64,000 nucleotides of DNA, taken from a virus (taxonomy: Duplodnaviria; Caudoviricetes). Below the pieces are notes generated by a model, which did not search any database, was not told the DNA's origin, and saw only the letters and a list, made by a program, of their open reading frames with translations. How positions within the stretch are numbered: position 1 is the first letter of the stretch; every line of letters begins with the position of its first letter. Below are positions 47,232 to 56,015 of the stretch, piece after piece. The translations under genes were made by a program, and so were the position numbers. Location of the stretch: positions 386-64,385 of IMG/VR virus record IMGVR_UViG_3300036851_000157. One strand, 5' to 3'.

Positions 47232-48036
47232 CGTGCAGACGGAACTTTCTTGATTGCGAATGCTTCAGATGTGGCTGATCTTCGTCAAGACCCATGACCT
47301 CATCCGTGTAACGACCGGTAGACCTTGTGATGTAGAGGTCAAGGGGTGGGTCCAACGTTTCATTGCGGACGAACAGCGAGTGCTCATCGCCTGACCCGTA
47401 ACCGAAACGAAGGAGATTGTCGTCTCCCACCACTCGCTCAGTATCCATGATCGGGTTGTACTCGTCTTGATCGTCGACCAGGACTTGATCGCCATCGTAG
47501 TACGTGAAGCGCTTCTGCTCGTGATCAGGCTCATTTTCGTAGTACTCGCTCTTCGTGATGATGTACGGCTCGGACGGGTCTCGATCAGCCATGAGTGCAT
47601 CCATGACTTCATCACCAGGTGCCTGGTAATCCGCGAAGGTGTTTCGCGTCGTGGGCTCTCGCTTCTCCACGCCTTCGTGATCTTCAGCAGGAGGAACATA
47701 GGTGCCCATCGCCTTCATGGCATTGGTCATGAGCCGATCCTGGACAACCTCTTCCAACTCATCCCAGGTGCCTGCAGGAGCTTCTTCATCTCCCTCTTCG
47801 GGATCCTCTTCAACCTCAGACTCAGGCTGAAGCACCAACGGAGAACGGGAATACATCCGCTGATAGAGAACGCGTGCTTCCGCAATTTCCTTGTCAGCCA
47901 GCTCCCTGTACTTCTTCTCCAGGATCTTGGAGGCCACTACATACCCCACAGCGGCTCCTACGCCGGCGGCAACCGTCAGGCCAGAGGGCACAAGAAGCTT
48001 GAGATTGACCGTCTCCGTTTTCGCTAGCCACTTCAT
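47224..48036 (-). CDS. Membrane-anchored hypothetical protein
   Basis: N-terminal TM; PYII...EY, TYY.GD.VL.D, FVRNE. Confidence 0.8.
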   Translation of the reverse strand: MKWLAKTETVNLKLLVPSGLTVAAGVGAAVGYVVASKILEKKYRELADKEIAEARVLYQRMYSRSPLVLQPESEVEEDPEEGDEEAPAGTWDELEEVVQDRLMTNAMKAMGTYVPPAEDHEGVEKREPTTRNTFADYQAPGDEVMDALMADRDPSEPYIITKSEYYENEPDHEQKRFTYYDGDQVLVDDQDEYNPIMDTERVVGDDNLLRFGYGSGDEHSLFVRNETLDPPLDLYITRSTGRYTDEVMGLDEDQPHLKHSQSRKFRLHDE

Positions 48037-48911
48037 CGGCTCATCTTTGCATCGTCAAGCATGTGGTGGACCATGCCGGCGACATTGAAGTCGAGCAAGA
48101 GCGAGCGCTGCTGATTGTACATCTCCGTCCACTTGATCTCGACGAAATCATCGCTCTTATCTGATGGAATGATCCAACCACAAAGCTGACCGTTCTGGGT
48201 GACCGGAATGTCGAACGCCTCGTACACTGTATTCAGGAACAAATATCCCTGAGCACGAAGCTTGTCCGTGAGGAAGTCCTGCTGCAGCTTGATGTAATGA
48301 ATGTTGTACTCAGGAAGATGCTGGAAAGTGCTACTCCGCTCATCCCAGAGCACAGCGTACGGACCGCCCTCAGTGGGCCGCTGAACCGTGGTCTTTTTGG
48401 TGCCCTTGCCAGTTGTCTCGGTCAGCTCAACGGGAGTCGAAGCATAGTAAACATCCTTCTCCCTTTCCTCCCCGATCTCCTTGCGAACTCGAGCACGATA
48501 TCCATCCAGAAACTGCTGGAGGGAGACGTACGCTCCTGTCAAGGCAGCGTTGCGTTGAGTCAACTGACGGTGTGACTTGGTCAGACAGAAGATCGACACC
48601 GAACCGAGGATGACCGACGGCGCGTACAGCTTGGTAACCTCGATCGCGGTATTGAGCATGATGTGAGCCCTCTGCTGTCGGGCTTCCTCCTGGTCGACCT
48701 GCTTCCGCGACTGAATCACGTCAACGTTGATCAGGTCTTTCTTCATGTGATCCACGACAGGCTGTGCCTTCAGCGTGGCTCGGCAAGCAAGCACGGTCGC
48801 TGTGACCGCACCAGTCACGCCGGCGACGAAGAGAATCGTCGGCGAGTTCTTCTGGGTCTTGAGAACCGTTCGGCCCACTACACGAGTGACGGCCTGCGGC
48901 ACATACTTCAT
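48033..48911 (-). CDS. DUF6353-like membrane protein
   Basis: SPTIL..AG..G, ACRAT, KLYAP, GYLFLN.VY, G...GW, LDFNV. Confidence 0.7.
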   Translation of the reverse strand: MKYVPQAVTRVVGRTVLKTQKNSPTILFVAGVTGAVTATVLACRATLKAQPVVDHMKKDLINVDVIQSRKQVDQEEARQQRAHIMLNTAIEVTKLYAPSVILGSVSIFCLTKSHRQLTQRNAALTGAYVSLQQFLDGYRARVRKEIGEEREKDVYYASTPVELTETTGKGTKKTTVQRPTEGGPYAVLWDERSSTFQHLPEYNIHYIKLQQDFLTDKLRAQGYLFLNTVYEAFDIPVTQNGQLCGWIIPSDKSDDFVEIKWTEMYNQQRSLLLDFNVAGMVHHMLDDAKMSR

Positions 48912-49144
48912 CGCTTCTCCTTGTGAAGAGTTCGAGGGCTCTTGGAGGGAACCCCGTTATAGATCTTGGTGGCTCGAACGTTGCAGATTCCGGCGTAGTA
49001 CCCCTCGTGCGAGTCCATACGTAAATGGAAACAGGGAATTCCCACCGGAGCAGAATGACGCTCGCAATTCGTCTCAGCAAGAACTTCGCGGATCTTTCGG
49101 GTGAAGTCCATCACCTTGCTTGGTACGAACTTAGGTCGAGACAT
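48908..49144 (-). CDS. Small Cys/His protein
   Basis: C..H.A..G.PC; AGGAG RBS. Confidence 0.6.
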   Translation of the reverse strand: MSRPKFVPSKVMDFTRKIREVLAETNCERHSAPVGIPCFHLRMDSHEGYYAGICNVRATKIYNGVPSKSPRTLHKEKR

Positions 49145-49152
49145 GTTCGCTC

Positions 49153-49767
49153 CTATTTGCTGCTGAGACGGATGGGGTCAGGAAGATCGAGGAAGTACAT
49201 CCCCTTGGACGAAACGACATGCGCCTCGCCTAGCTCTTCCCAGCCGAGTCCAAAGTCGACATGGGTAGGAGTGATTCGAACAAGTCGCTTGAAATCGGCC
49301 ATTGAGCACTGGTCGAACTGATCGATCAGGAGATTCATCTGGTTCAGAACTTCCTGTGCTTCAACACGAGAATCGAGCTCGACAACACTCGTGTCACCAT
49401 CGCGAAGTGCATCGTCGCGGTATCGATTGTCCGCCCCGCGCCCGAGGGCCTTGTCGGGATTGTGTTTGCTGATGTTATGGCCTCGGTACAACCCTCCGTA
49501 ACGGCTACGGCTGCGTCCAGCCGTAGAATATCCGCCGAACAGTGCATCAATGCCGTTGTGCACAGCATCTGCGAAGTTGTCTCGCAGATTTGGAAAGAAG
49601 GTGTCCCAGATCATGCTCGTCCACACGCTCCGAGCATCACCTTGAAATATCGTCTCCTTGAGCCTTCGACCTGCTGGCGCGGCGCGAACTCTTCCGGGAT
49701 TCGTTGTCACCGGCTCAACAACTCTCGGCTCACGACTCTTGTGGCTCTGAGATGGGAACTCAGTCAT
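49153..49767 (-). CDS. Conserved phage hypothetical protein
   Basis: FPS.SHK; SR.EA..VL; GW..L; LDLP.P. Confidence 0.75.
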   Translation of the reverse strand: MTEFPSQSHKSREPRVVEPVTTNPGRVRAAPAGRRLKETIFQGDARSVWTSMIWDTFFPNLRDNFADAVHNGIDALFGGYSTAGRSRSRYGGLYRGHNISKHNPDKALGRGADNRYRDDALRDGDTSVVELDSRVEAQEVLNQMNLLIDQFDQCSMADFKRLVRITPTHVDFGLGWEELGEAHVVSSKGMYFLDLPDPIRLSSK

Positions 49768-49823
49768 GCTTTCTCCTTGGACAGAAACTAAGAGCCCAGG
49801 TTGGGCTCTCAGCGGGATGAGTG

Positions 49824-49985
49824 TTACGAAGTCTCTTTCTTCTCTTCGTTCTTCGGTGGGAAGTACTTCTCCTCAATCTCGTCGAGGGCTTGCGCTTCTG
49901 CCTTGATGATCATTCCGATCACTGCAGCAGTGACAGCGCCAATCGACAACTTGATGATCAGCATCTTCGTCTTGTTGCGAAGCAT
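49824..49985 (-). CDS. Cassette membrane peptide
   Basis: Promoter 50004; AAAGGAG RBS; hairpin 49791-49809. Confidence 0.7.
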   Translation of the reverse strand: MLRNKTKMLIIKLSIGAVTAAVIGMIIKAEAQALDEIEEKYFPPKNEEKKETS

Positions 49986-50069
49986 GAAGATCTCCTTTCG
50001 GTCTCATTAAAGACCGGGTATTTCGTGCGAAAAGGATAGAGCCCTATTTCTAGAGCTCTATCGGATGAA

Positions 50070-50282
50070 CTACTTGGTCTTGGCCGTCTTCTTGTCGGAC
50101 TTGACGCGACGGTCGACTTCCTTCTTCCAGGCCTTGGAATTGCGGCTGTTCGCGCGTGCGTTGAGGAGCTTCGCAGCTCCGGAGAGCGCGGTCGCTCCTG
50201 CGAGCAAGCATAGAGCAGTGTTTTCCTCCCAGGCCTTCTTGATGTCAGCCTTGATCTTGTCAGCATTCAAGTTGATGTTCAT
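50070..50282 (-). CDS. Cassette membrane peptide
   Basis: Promoter 50306; hairpin 50036-50061. Confidence 0.75.
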   Translation of the reverse strand: MNINLNADKIKADIKKAWEENTALCLLAGATALSGAAKLLNARANSRNSKAWKKEVDRRVKSDKKTAKTK

Positions 50283-50397
50283 GGCGGTACCTTTCTAAAG
50301 TGGGTTCATTAGAGGCTGTGTTTCATTTGCGAGACGGGAAGTACGGCGAGACCCCAATCCAGCCAGTGAACTCCCCGCCTCGCAAATATCCGACCGA

Positions 50398-51165
50398 TTA
50401 CTCGGTCGTCCCCCCGGGCTCTTCGGCACCCTCGGCCATCTTACGACGCTGACGGATGTTTAGAAGCATTGTCGGGATGTTCTTTCCCTGCCGCGCTTCT
50501 GCGTAAAGCGTTTCGAACTCATTCCGATTCATCTCTAGAAGTTGGTCGGGGGTGTAGTCCGACCAGGTCTTCTTGACTGGATTATCCATGTAGAGAGGAT
50601 CGCCATGATTCTGCTCAGGGCTGTCGATCGACGGAATTCCATCGTCGCCTGGATAGACCGGAGCCTCGTTGGCGACGTTGGTCAGAGGGTTCTCCAGATC
50701 CGGCACAGGACTGAGATCGGCACGCTGGCTCTTCTCGTAGTCCTTCTGAACCACTTCAGGCCAGATCTTGGTCATGAAATAATTCGCACGATCGGTGTTC
50801 TCGAAGAGGTACAGCACGAAGGCATTGAAGGCGCCTGTCGAAACGAATCGACGCCAAATATCCCCGCTTCCGTGCGGATCGTCCTTGTCGAACTGCTCAC
50901 CGTCAGGGCCTTGCGAACGAACTCCGTAGGAGTGCTTGATGAGAACCTTGACGATATCGAGCATCTCACGCTTCTCAGGAGCGGTAAGTTCGCGCACAAG
51001 AGTCTTATCGTCGCCGATAACCTCGTCCTGGAAACGTTCCAAGCGCTCCTTGAGAACCTCCAGCTCCATGTCGTGCGAGACCTCGAACTCGTCAAGGTGG
51101 AAATGAAGCGTTCGAGAAACCGGATTACCGCTTGGACTCTTGAACGAGATGAACTGCTTGATCAT
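50398..51165 (-). CDS. Conserved hypothetical protein
   Basis: MIK..I.F...G....LHFHL; SYG.RS. Confidence 0.7.
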   Translation of the reverse strand: MIKQFISFKSPSGNPVSRTLHFHLDEFEVSHDMELEVLKERLERFQDEVIGDDKTLVRELTAPEKREMLDIVKVLIKHSYGVRSQGPDGEQFDKDDPHGSGDIWRRFVSTGAFNAFVLYLFENTDRANYFMTKIWPEVVQKDYEKSQRADLSPVPDLENPLTNVANEAPVYPGDDGIPSIDSPEQNHGDPLYMDNPVKKTWSDYTPDQLLEMNRNEFETLYAEARQGKNIPTMLLNIRQRRKMAEGAEEPGGTTE

Positions 51166-51175
51166 TGTGTTCCTT

Positions 51176-51358
51176 TCAGAACAGCGCTTCTGCGCCGTGC
51201 GTGAGATTCTTGGTTTGGATGATTTCGCCGCCGACTTCAGAAATCATGCCGGAGTGCCACCGTTCATACACGGCCTCCGCATCCTCAAGAAATGTCGTCT
51301 GTGCAATCTCCGTGAATGAATGGTCGGGCAGCTGCCGAAAGACCCGGTAGCGAAACAT
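51176..51358 (-). CDS. Hypothetical protein
   Basis: AAGGAG RBS. Confidence 0.65.
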   Translation of the reverse strand: MFRYRVFRQLPDHSFTEIAQTTFLEDAEAVYERWHSGMISEVGGEIIQTKNLTHGAEALF

Positions 51359-51429
51359 TCTTCTCCTTTAGAGAAATAGAGAGGCCTAGTAGTGTGGGGA
51401 CTACCAGGCCTCTCGGCTTGGGGAACTGT

Positions 51430-51636
51430 TCAGTTATCGGTGGAGTCGTCGGACTCGACGTGGACGTCCGCGGACACCGAGCCCTTCGCGTTGAGCCGGT
51501 TCTTCAGCCACAGGACACCGGCAGCAACTCCGCCGATGATGGCGGCGCGCTTGGCGTTCTTGCGAGTGAAGACTCGGTCCTTCAGCGAGGTGGTCTCGGG
51601 GGTCTCGGGGACGGTCTGGTCGTTGGTCTCGGTCAT
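51430..51636 (-). CDS. Cassette membrane peptide
   Basis: Promoter 51668; RBS; one TM; hairpin 51379-51414. Confidence 0.75.
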   Translation of the reverse strand: MTETNDQTVPETPETTSLKDRVFTRKNAKRAAIIGGVAAGVLWLKNRLNAKGSVSADVHVESDDSTDN

Positions 51637-51760
51637 GATTCCTTCTTTCTTAGGAACAGGTTTCCGTTCATTATGAGCGATGTAATTCCTGCGATTTAAT
51701 CGCAGTTCCATTCACATGGGGGCTCAAATATCCAGTCGAGCGGATGCCTTGAGCCCCTTA

Positions 51761-52522
51761 TTAGAAACCCGGCTTAGGCTGCTGCCTGAACTTGATTTCC
51801 GTCACAGCCATTCCGTTGTCCAACAACACCGGCGAGAACACGATATCAAGCGCCTCTCCCGCCGCCCATCCGAGGATGTGTCCGACACCTGTTGGATCGA
51901 GCCCAAGCTCGTCGTAAAAGGTGTTCAAGGACGCACCGCGTTGGTTGTTGGCCTCGAAATTCACGAAGTTCATGGCCTTCTTAACCGATTCCTGCGTCGA
52001 AAGGAAGTAACGGCCCGAAGAGTTGTCCTTGAACCAGGACAGGCCCTCATTTGTAACGGCCCCGGGCGGAATGAACTCTCGATCGATCTTGTCGCGGGCA
52101 ATCGAGTTGTCGATTTCATCCATCTTCTTGAATCCCAACTGCTCGGCAGCCTTGTCACGGAACTCATCGAAATCTCCTGAGAGCAGCCCGTAAGCAGCAG
52201 CCAGTGCAGCGTATCGACGCGCCTGGACACGATTTGCAGCCACGATGCAGCCGACGGCCATTACCCCTGTCGCTGCAGCGGGGATGTAAAGCTTCCAGAC
52301 CTTCTCGAAACGAGCCTTGTTGTTGAGTTGGAAAGACTGATCGTCGTTTTCAACCTTTCCCACGATTTCTTCGTGCTGGATCTGCTGTGCGGCCTTCCAG
52401 GTTGCCTTGCCTGTGAGATAGACCGTCACGCCAGCGCCAGCAATCCCCAGGATGGTGAGGATCTGAGGCGATTCCTTGGTGACGAACTTCCCAAGGTCCT
52501 TGGTGATGTGCTTGAGGTTCAC
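51761..52522 (-). CDS. DUF6353-like membrane protein (paralog)
   Basis: SPQILT..G..G, GKAT, KLYIP, SLN.FY, G..LGW. Confidence 0.7.
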   Translation of the reverse strand: MNLKHITKDLGKFVTKESPQILTILGIAGAGVTVYLTGKATWKAAQQIQHEEIVGKVENDDQSFQLNNKARFEKVWKLYIPAAATGVMAVGCIVAANRVQARRYAALAAAYGLLSGDFDEFRDKAAEQLGFKKMDEIDNSIARDKIDREFIPPGAVTNEGLSWFKDNSSGRYFLSTQESVKKAMNFVNFEANNQRGASLNTFYDELGLDPTGVGHILGWAAGEALDIVFSPVLLDNGMAVTEIKFRQQPKPGF

Positions 52523-52631
52523 TCGTAATCCTCGTCTTCATTGTTGAAGTCTTGCACGAACTGCTCTACCGGTGGGTAAAGCACGATGAAGGCGATCCCG
52601 AGAATCGCCAACCATTGAAATATCTCGTTGA

Positions 52632-52820
52632 TCATCCCTTCCCTCGAATCGTTTTCTCCATGTCCTGAGGACATATTTCACCATCATCACCGCTGTACCA
52701 ACCCATTGCTGAGCCAGTCACTACCTGCAGAGGAGAATAATCGTAAGCATCCATAGGATGCTCAGATCCGACTCCACCCAGTGTTCGTTCACGTTGACAC
52801 ATAACACACTTCGGAATCAT
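52632..52820 (-). CDS. Small Cys protein
   Basis: CVMC...ICP; coupled. Confidence 0.55.
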   Translation of the reverse strand: MIPKCVMCQRERTLGGVGSEHPMDAYDYSPLQVVTGSAMGWYSGDDGEICPQDMEKTIRGKG

Positions 52821-53153
52821 CGTCTTACCTCTCTAATGATCCACCAGATGGCCCAGAGACCAGAGGTGGCGAACGTCAGCACCAAGTCGCCGACGAGATT
52901 TGAAAGGCCGTACCCACGAGGTTTCTTTGGGGGTCTCGGCTTGTACTCGATCCAAGCAACCTCCATGATTCTTCCTTTCAGAGGTCGGCAACGGCCTTCT
53001 TGAGAGCGTTGATCTTGCTTTCGGCCGTCTGGGTAGCTTCGGTAACCATTGCCAGAGCCCGCTTAGCTCCGACCAGAATCACCACAAGCGTGGTCGCGGA
53101 GACTGCCAAACTGGCAGACGCGACGATGAGTGACGCAAGTTGCATGACTCCTC

Positions 53154-53489
53154 CTAGAGCGTGTGCCAGATGAACTTGGCATTCTTAAGGACGATCCGTC
53201 CGCCCTCGCTGTCTGAGGTGAACGAGAAATCCATTCTCTCTCCGAAGTTGTTCCAGCCGAGAAGCTGTCCCTCGGGAGTGCGCGGGATTCCGAGATAATC
53301 CAGAACTTCGTTGACAAACAAAGAACCCCGAGCCATACACTTGTCTTGCATGAAACTCATGACGTGTTTCACGAAGAAATGATTGTACTCCTGGTCGTTG
53401 TGCCAGTTGGAATTTGACTGATCAAAAACGACTCGGATCTCTACGTCCGAATCGATCTGGTTGTATTTCTCGAACTGTACCTTCTCCAT
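53154..53489 (-). CDS. Protein resembling the C-terminal domain of the DUF6353-like family
   Basis: RGSLFVNEV.D.LG...T.EGQLLGW. Confidence 0.65.
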   Translation of the reverse strand: MEKVQFEKYNQIDSDVEIRVVFDQSNSNWHNDQEYNHFFVKHVMSFMQDKCMARGSLFVNEVLDYLGIPRTPEGQLLGWNNFGERMDFSFTSDSEGGRIVLKNAKFIWHTL

Positions 53490-53532
53490 GGATGGATCTC
53501 CTTAGCTCTTCTAACATGGACAGAAAATATAA

Positions 53533-53587
53533 GAGAAGCTGTTCGTACCCGTATAGGGTGATCAGGGTAGACTACTACCGTCTTCTC
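53533..53587 (-). ncRNA. Small three-way-junction RNA
   Basis: Follows promoter 53586; GAGAAG/CTTCTC ends pair; two internal hairpins; U-rich tail. Confidence 0.55.
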
Positions 53588-53626
53588 ATTAGAGGGGTTG
53601 TATTTCTTGCGACGAAGAAATAAAGT

Positions 53627-53750
53627 GAGAAGAGGTACAACGTCCAACTAAAACGTTGTCGTTAAGCAGCTGTTTGGTCCGTGCTGCCACGCCAGCCAGG
53701 ATTCGAACCTGGACATTAGTGTCTTGGCAACCCTTTCGGGTCCTCTTCTC
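53627..53750 (-). ncRNA. Structured RNA with tRNA T-arm
   Basis: Follows promoter 53749; GAGAAGAGG/CCTCTTCTC ends pair; CCAGG-TTCGAAT-CCTGG; ACCC-GAAA-GGGT. Confidence 0.65.
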
Positions 53751-53817
53751 ATTACAGCACCTGTTTTTCCTGCGACAGACAAATAGAGAGCCCTTGTTAC
53801 GGGGCTCTCTCGGAAGA

Positions 53818-54048
53818 CTACATGCCTCTGGTGACTTGCTCCCAGAACTTGGCGGTATCGAGCTTCTTGTCCAGGCCGGCGGTGAGTTGGCCCATCTTTT
53901 CTATCCACTCGAGCTGTCGTTCGTGTTGGAGTTTAGCTTCTTCAGCTTTGTCCCAACCCTTGATGATGTCGAGTGTCTTGAGGATGACGAGTCCAGTCCA
54001 CGCAGCGGTGGCTAAACCAGCTAGCAGTGCGATCTGCTTTTTGTTCAT
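53818..54048 (-). CDS. Cassette membrane peptide
   Basis: Promoter, RBS, N-terminal TM, terminator. Confidence 0.75.
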   Translation of the reverse strand: MNKKQIALLAGLATAAWTGLVILKTLDIIKGWDKAEEAKLQHERQLEWIEKMGQLTAGLDKKLDTAKFWEQVTRGM

Positions 54049-54138
54049 GGTTGTGTCTCCTTAATGTGGGGTCTTCATTATAGGAAAGGAATAACCAGCG
54101 ACAAAGAGAAAGCCGATGTACTGGCTTCCTCCCTGAAT

Positions 54139-54282
54139 CTACTTGAAGAGAGCGTGCTTGGTCTTCTTGGTCGTCTTCGTGAACGCTCTCGCGAGCTTGC
54201 TGATGACGAGGTACGGGATGTACAACAGCATCAGCGCGAACGCGATCTGGAACATGAGAAAGACGAACTGGAAAGCATCCAT
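54139..54282 (-). CDS. Cassette membrane peptide (47 aa)
   Basis: AAGGAG RBS; MDAFQFVFLMFQIAFALMLLY. Confidence 0.7.
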   Translation of the reverse strand: MDAFQFVFLMFQIAFALMLLYIPYLVISKLARAFTKTTKKTKHALFK

Positions 54283-54372
54283 GGGGTCTCCTTCGGTGTG
54301 GGTATTCATTATAGGGGTGGAATATCCCGCGATAAGAGAAGTAGAGCCCGGGTAAGGGGCTCTACTGGGTGA

Positions 54373-54567
54373 TCAGTCCTCGGGGTCGGGAACGATCTCA
54401 AGGTCAGGCTTCTTGGTCTTCTTTTCCTTCCAGTCGACGTACGATCCGACTGCGAACACGGCAACCAGCAATCCTGCTTCGATACCGATGATGGTACGAT
54501 TGAGGTTGCGGTTGACCTTGCGCATGTGGATGACGTCAGGGCAGGTGTAGACGTGTCGCTTGAGCAT
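54373..54567 (-). CDS. Cassette membrane peptide
   Basis: AAAGGAG RBS; one TM. Confidence 0.75.
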   Translation of the reverse strand: MLKRHVYTCPDVIHMRKVNRNLNRTIIGIEAGLLVAVFAVGSYVDWKEKKTKKPDLEIVPDPED

Positions 54568-54648
54568 GGGGTCTCCTTTGTTGGGGTCTGTCGTTATAGG
54601 CGATGTAAATATAGCGAAAAGCAGACCCAATGAAGGGTCTGCTAGGCC

Positions 54649-54921
54649 TTACTTGGCGAGGCCTTCCATCCACTTGAGGTTGTTGAGTCTGGCTTCCCAG
54701 TGGGATGCGTTCTCTTCTGCCAGCCGGAGAGCGGTCCGTTCGTACAGGGCGAGATGGGTCTGCATCTGCTCGATGAGGGAGATGACGAGGGGTTCGTCGT
54801 CATACTTCGATCGGAGCCGAGCAGCCTGTTCGCACAGTGCTACGGAATGGTCGTGGGCCAACATCAGGAACTGCATCTCCATTGAGATGATCTCAGTGTT
54901 CTCTTCTTCAAGATTGGACAT
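54649..54921 (-). CDS. Cassette helical protein
   Basis: AAAGGAG RBS before MSNLEE. Confidence 0.75.
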   Translation of the reverse strand: MSNLEEENTEIISMEMQFLMLAHDHSVALCEQAARLRSKYDDEPLVISLIEQMQTHLALYERTALRLAEENASHWEARLNNLKWMEGLAK

Positions 54922-55005
54922 GGTGGTTCTCCTTTGGTTGGGGTCATTATAGGCTATGAATATCCCGCGAAAAGCCATAGTCCATGTAGGACTACAGCTC
55001 TTGAG

Positions 55006-55227
55006 CTACACCTTTTTCAAGGCGAGAATGAACGGGTGCCAGCCTTTGATGTCGAATCTCTCAGCCAGCTCCTTCTCGGTCACGATCTCATTGTGGATGT
55101 CGCTGCCCAACACCGCGTCGAAAACAAGATATGTCGTCTTCTTTTCGATGTCGGGTGTAACGCCTCCGTTCAGGAAAGTGATGAGGGGAAGCTGGGACTT
55201 TTGGATCTTGATGGCGTACATTTCCAT
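55006..55227 (-). CDS. Cassette hypothetical protein
   Basis: AAAGGAG RBS before MEMYAI. Confidence 0.75.
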   Translation of the reverse strand: MEMYAIKIQKSQLPLITFLNGGVTPDIEKKTTYLVFDAVLGSDIHNEIVTEKELAERFDIKGWHPFILALKKV

Positions 55228-55342
55228 GTTGTTCTCCTTTGTTGGGTGGTGCTCGTTAGAGGCTATGTACGTATTGCGACACAAAAATATAGAGCCCCTG
55301 TAGATTTCGCTACAGGGGTCTATATCGTCCGTTTGTGGTGAC

Positions 55343-55627
55343 TCAGCGGAGTTTGCCGACTTGGCTCATTGCTTTCGATCCGATCACGTGGCTGTGTTCG
55401 TACGCGACGATGATGATGATGCCAAGGAGGTTGCCTCCTACAATGAGCAGGGTGTCGGGATTGAACCCTCTCTTGGAGTGTTTCTCCTTGAGCTTGTACA
55501 ATCTCTCCAGCCTGTTCAGGCAGGTTGCATATTCCTCGGAATCACCACTCATCGATCGCATGTCGTCTTCGAGCATCTGGATCGTCTGGTCAAGACTCTG
55601 AGCTTCGTCCGAGCGTTTGCTCAGCAC
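55343..55627 (-). CDS. Cassette membrane protein
   Basis: PDTLL..GGNLLGI..I..YE....I.SKA. Confidence 0.75.
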   Translation of the reverse strand: MLSKRSDEAQSLDQTIQMLEDDMRSMSGDSEEYATCLNRLERLYKLKEKHSKRGFNPDTLLIVGGNLLGIIIIVAYEHSHVIGSKAMSQVGKLR

Positions 55628-55682
55628 TGGGGTCTCCTTTCATTGGGATTCATTATAGACCATGAATCCCTCGCGACCCCGG

Positions 55683-56015
55683 TCAGACGTCGACCTCTTC
55701 GGTTCTGACATTCAGAGTGACGTTCTGACCGTCCTTGAGAGTGCCTGGATGGTCATTCCAGTCAACGCTCTGATAGACCTCTCCATCCTTCACGTCCTTG
55801 TGGAGAACCAAGTCCCCAGCGCCCTCGTAGCTGGCTGCCTGACGGCTCAGAAACAGCCCTAGGAACGCTGCAACTGCCGCGATGGTTCCGGCCACTGCCG
55901 TTGGCTCCGGAAGGCTCCAGAGCTGCGCAAGGCCTACGTAGAGGGCCGCTAGGCCCGGCAGAACGATTTGCACAAGGAACTTGAGCTTATCGTAGGCAGA
56001 ATTACTGAGATTCAC
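55683..56015 (-). CDS. Putative holin
   Basis: LSN.AYD.LK..VQI.LP....Y...W; two TM segments. Confidence 0.75.
   Translation of the reverse strand: MNLSNSAYDKLKFLVQIVLPGLAALYVGLAQLWSLPEPTAVAGTIAAVAAFLGLFLSRQAASYEGAGDLVLHKDVKDGEVYQSVDWNDHPGTLKDGQNVTLNVRTEEVDV

Larger units (their letters stand above)
50004..51694 (-). promoter_or_regulatory. Promoter motif copies at 50004, 50306, 51668
   Basis: Exact consensus spacing. Confidence 0.8.
53586..55676 (-). promoter_or_regulatory. Eight promoter motif copies (53586, 53749, 54075, 54306, 54591, 54944, 55253, 55650) with hairpin terminators
   Basis: Exact spacing; hairpins at ~53786-53810, 54341-54365, 54621-54641, 55288-55325. Confidence 0.85.

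Noticed and set aside
53533-53587. Canonical hammerhead ribozyme
   Set aside because: Core deviates (CUGAUCA, GAAC, no NUH); kept only as a variant candidate
53680-53730. Canonical tRNA gene
   Set aside because: T-arm only; no D arm and anticodon arm in canonical order and no CCA end. Reported as ncRNA instead
53586-55676. CRISPR array or integron attC array
   Set aside because: Repeats are degenerate promoter-like motifs separated by genes; no cas operon or integrase seen
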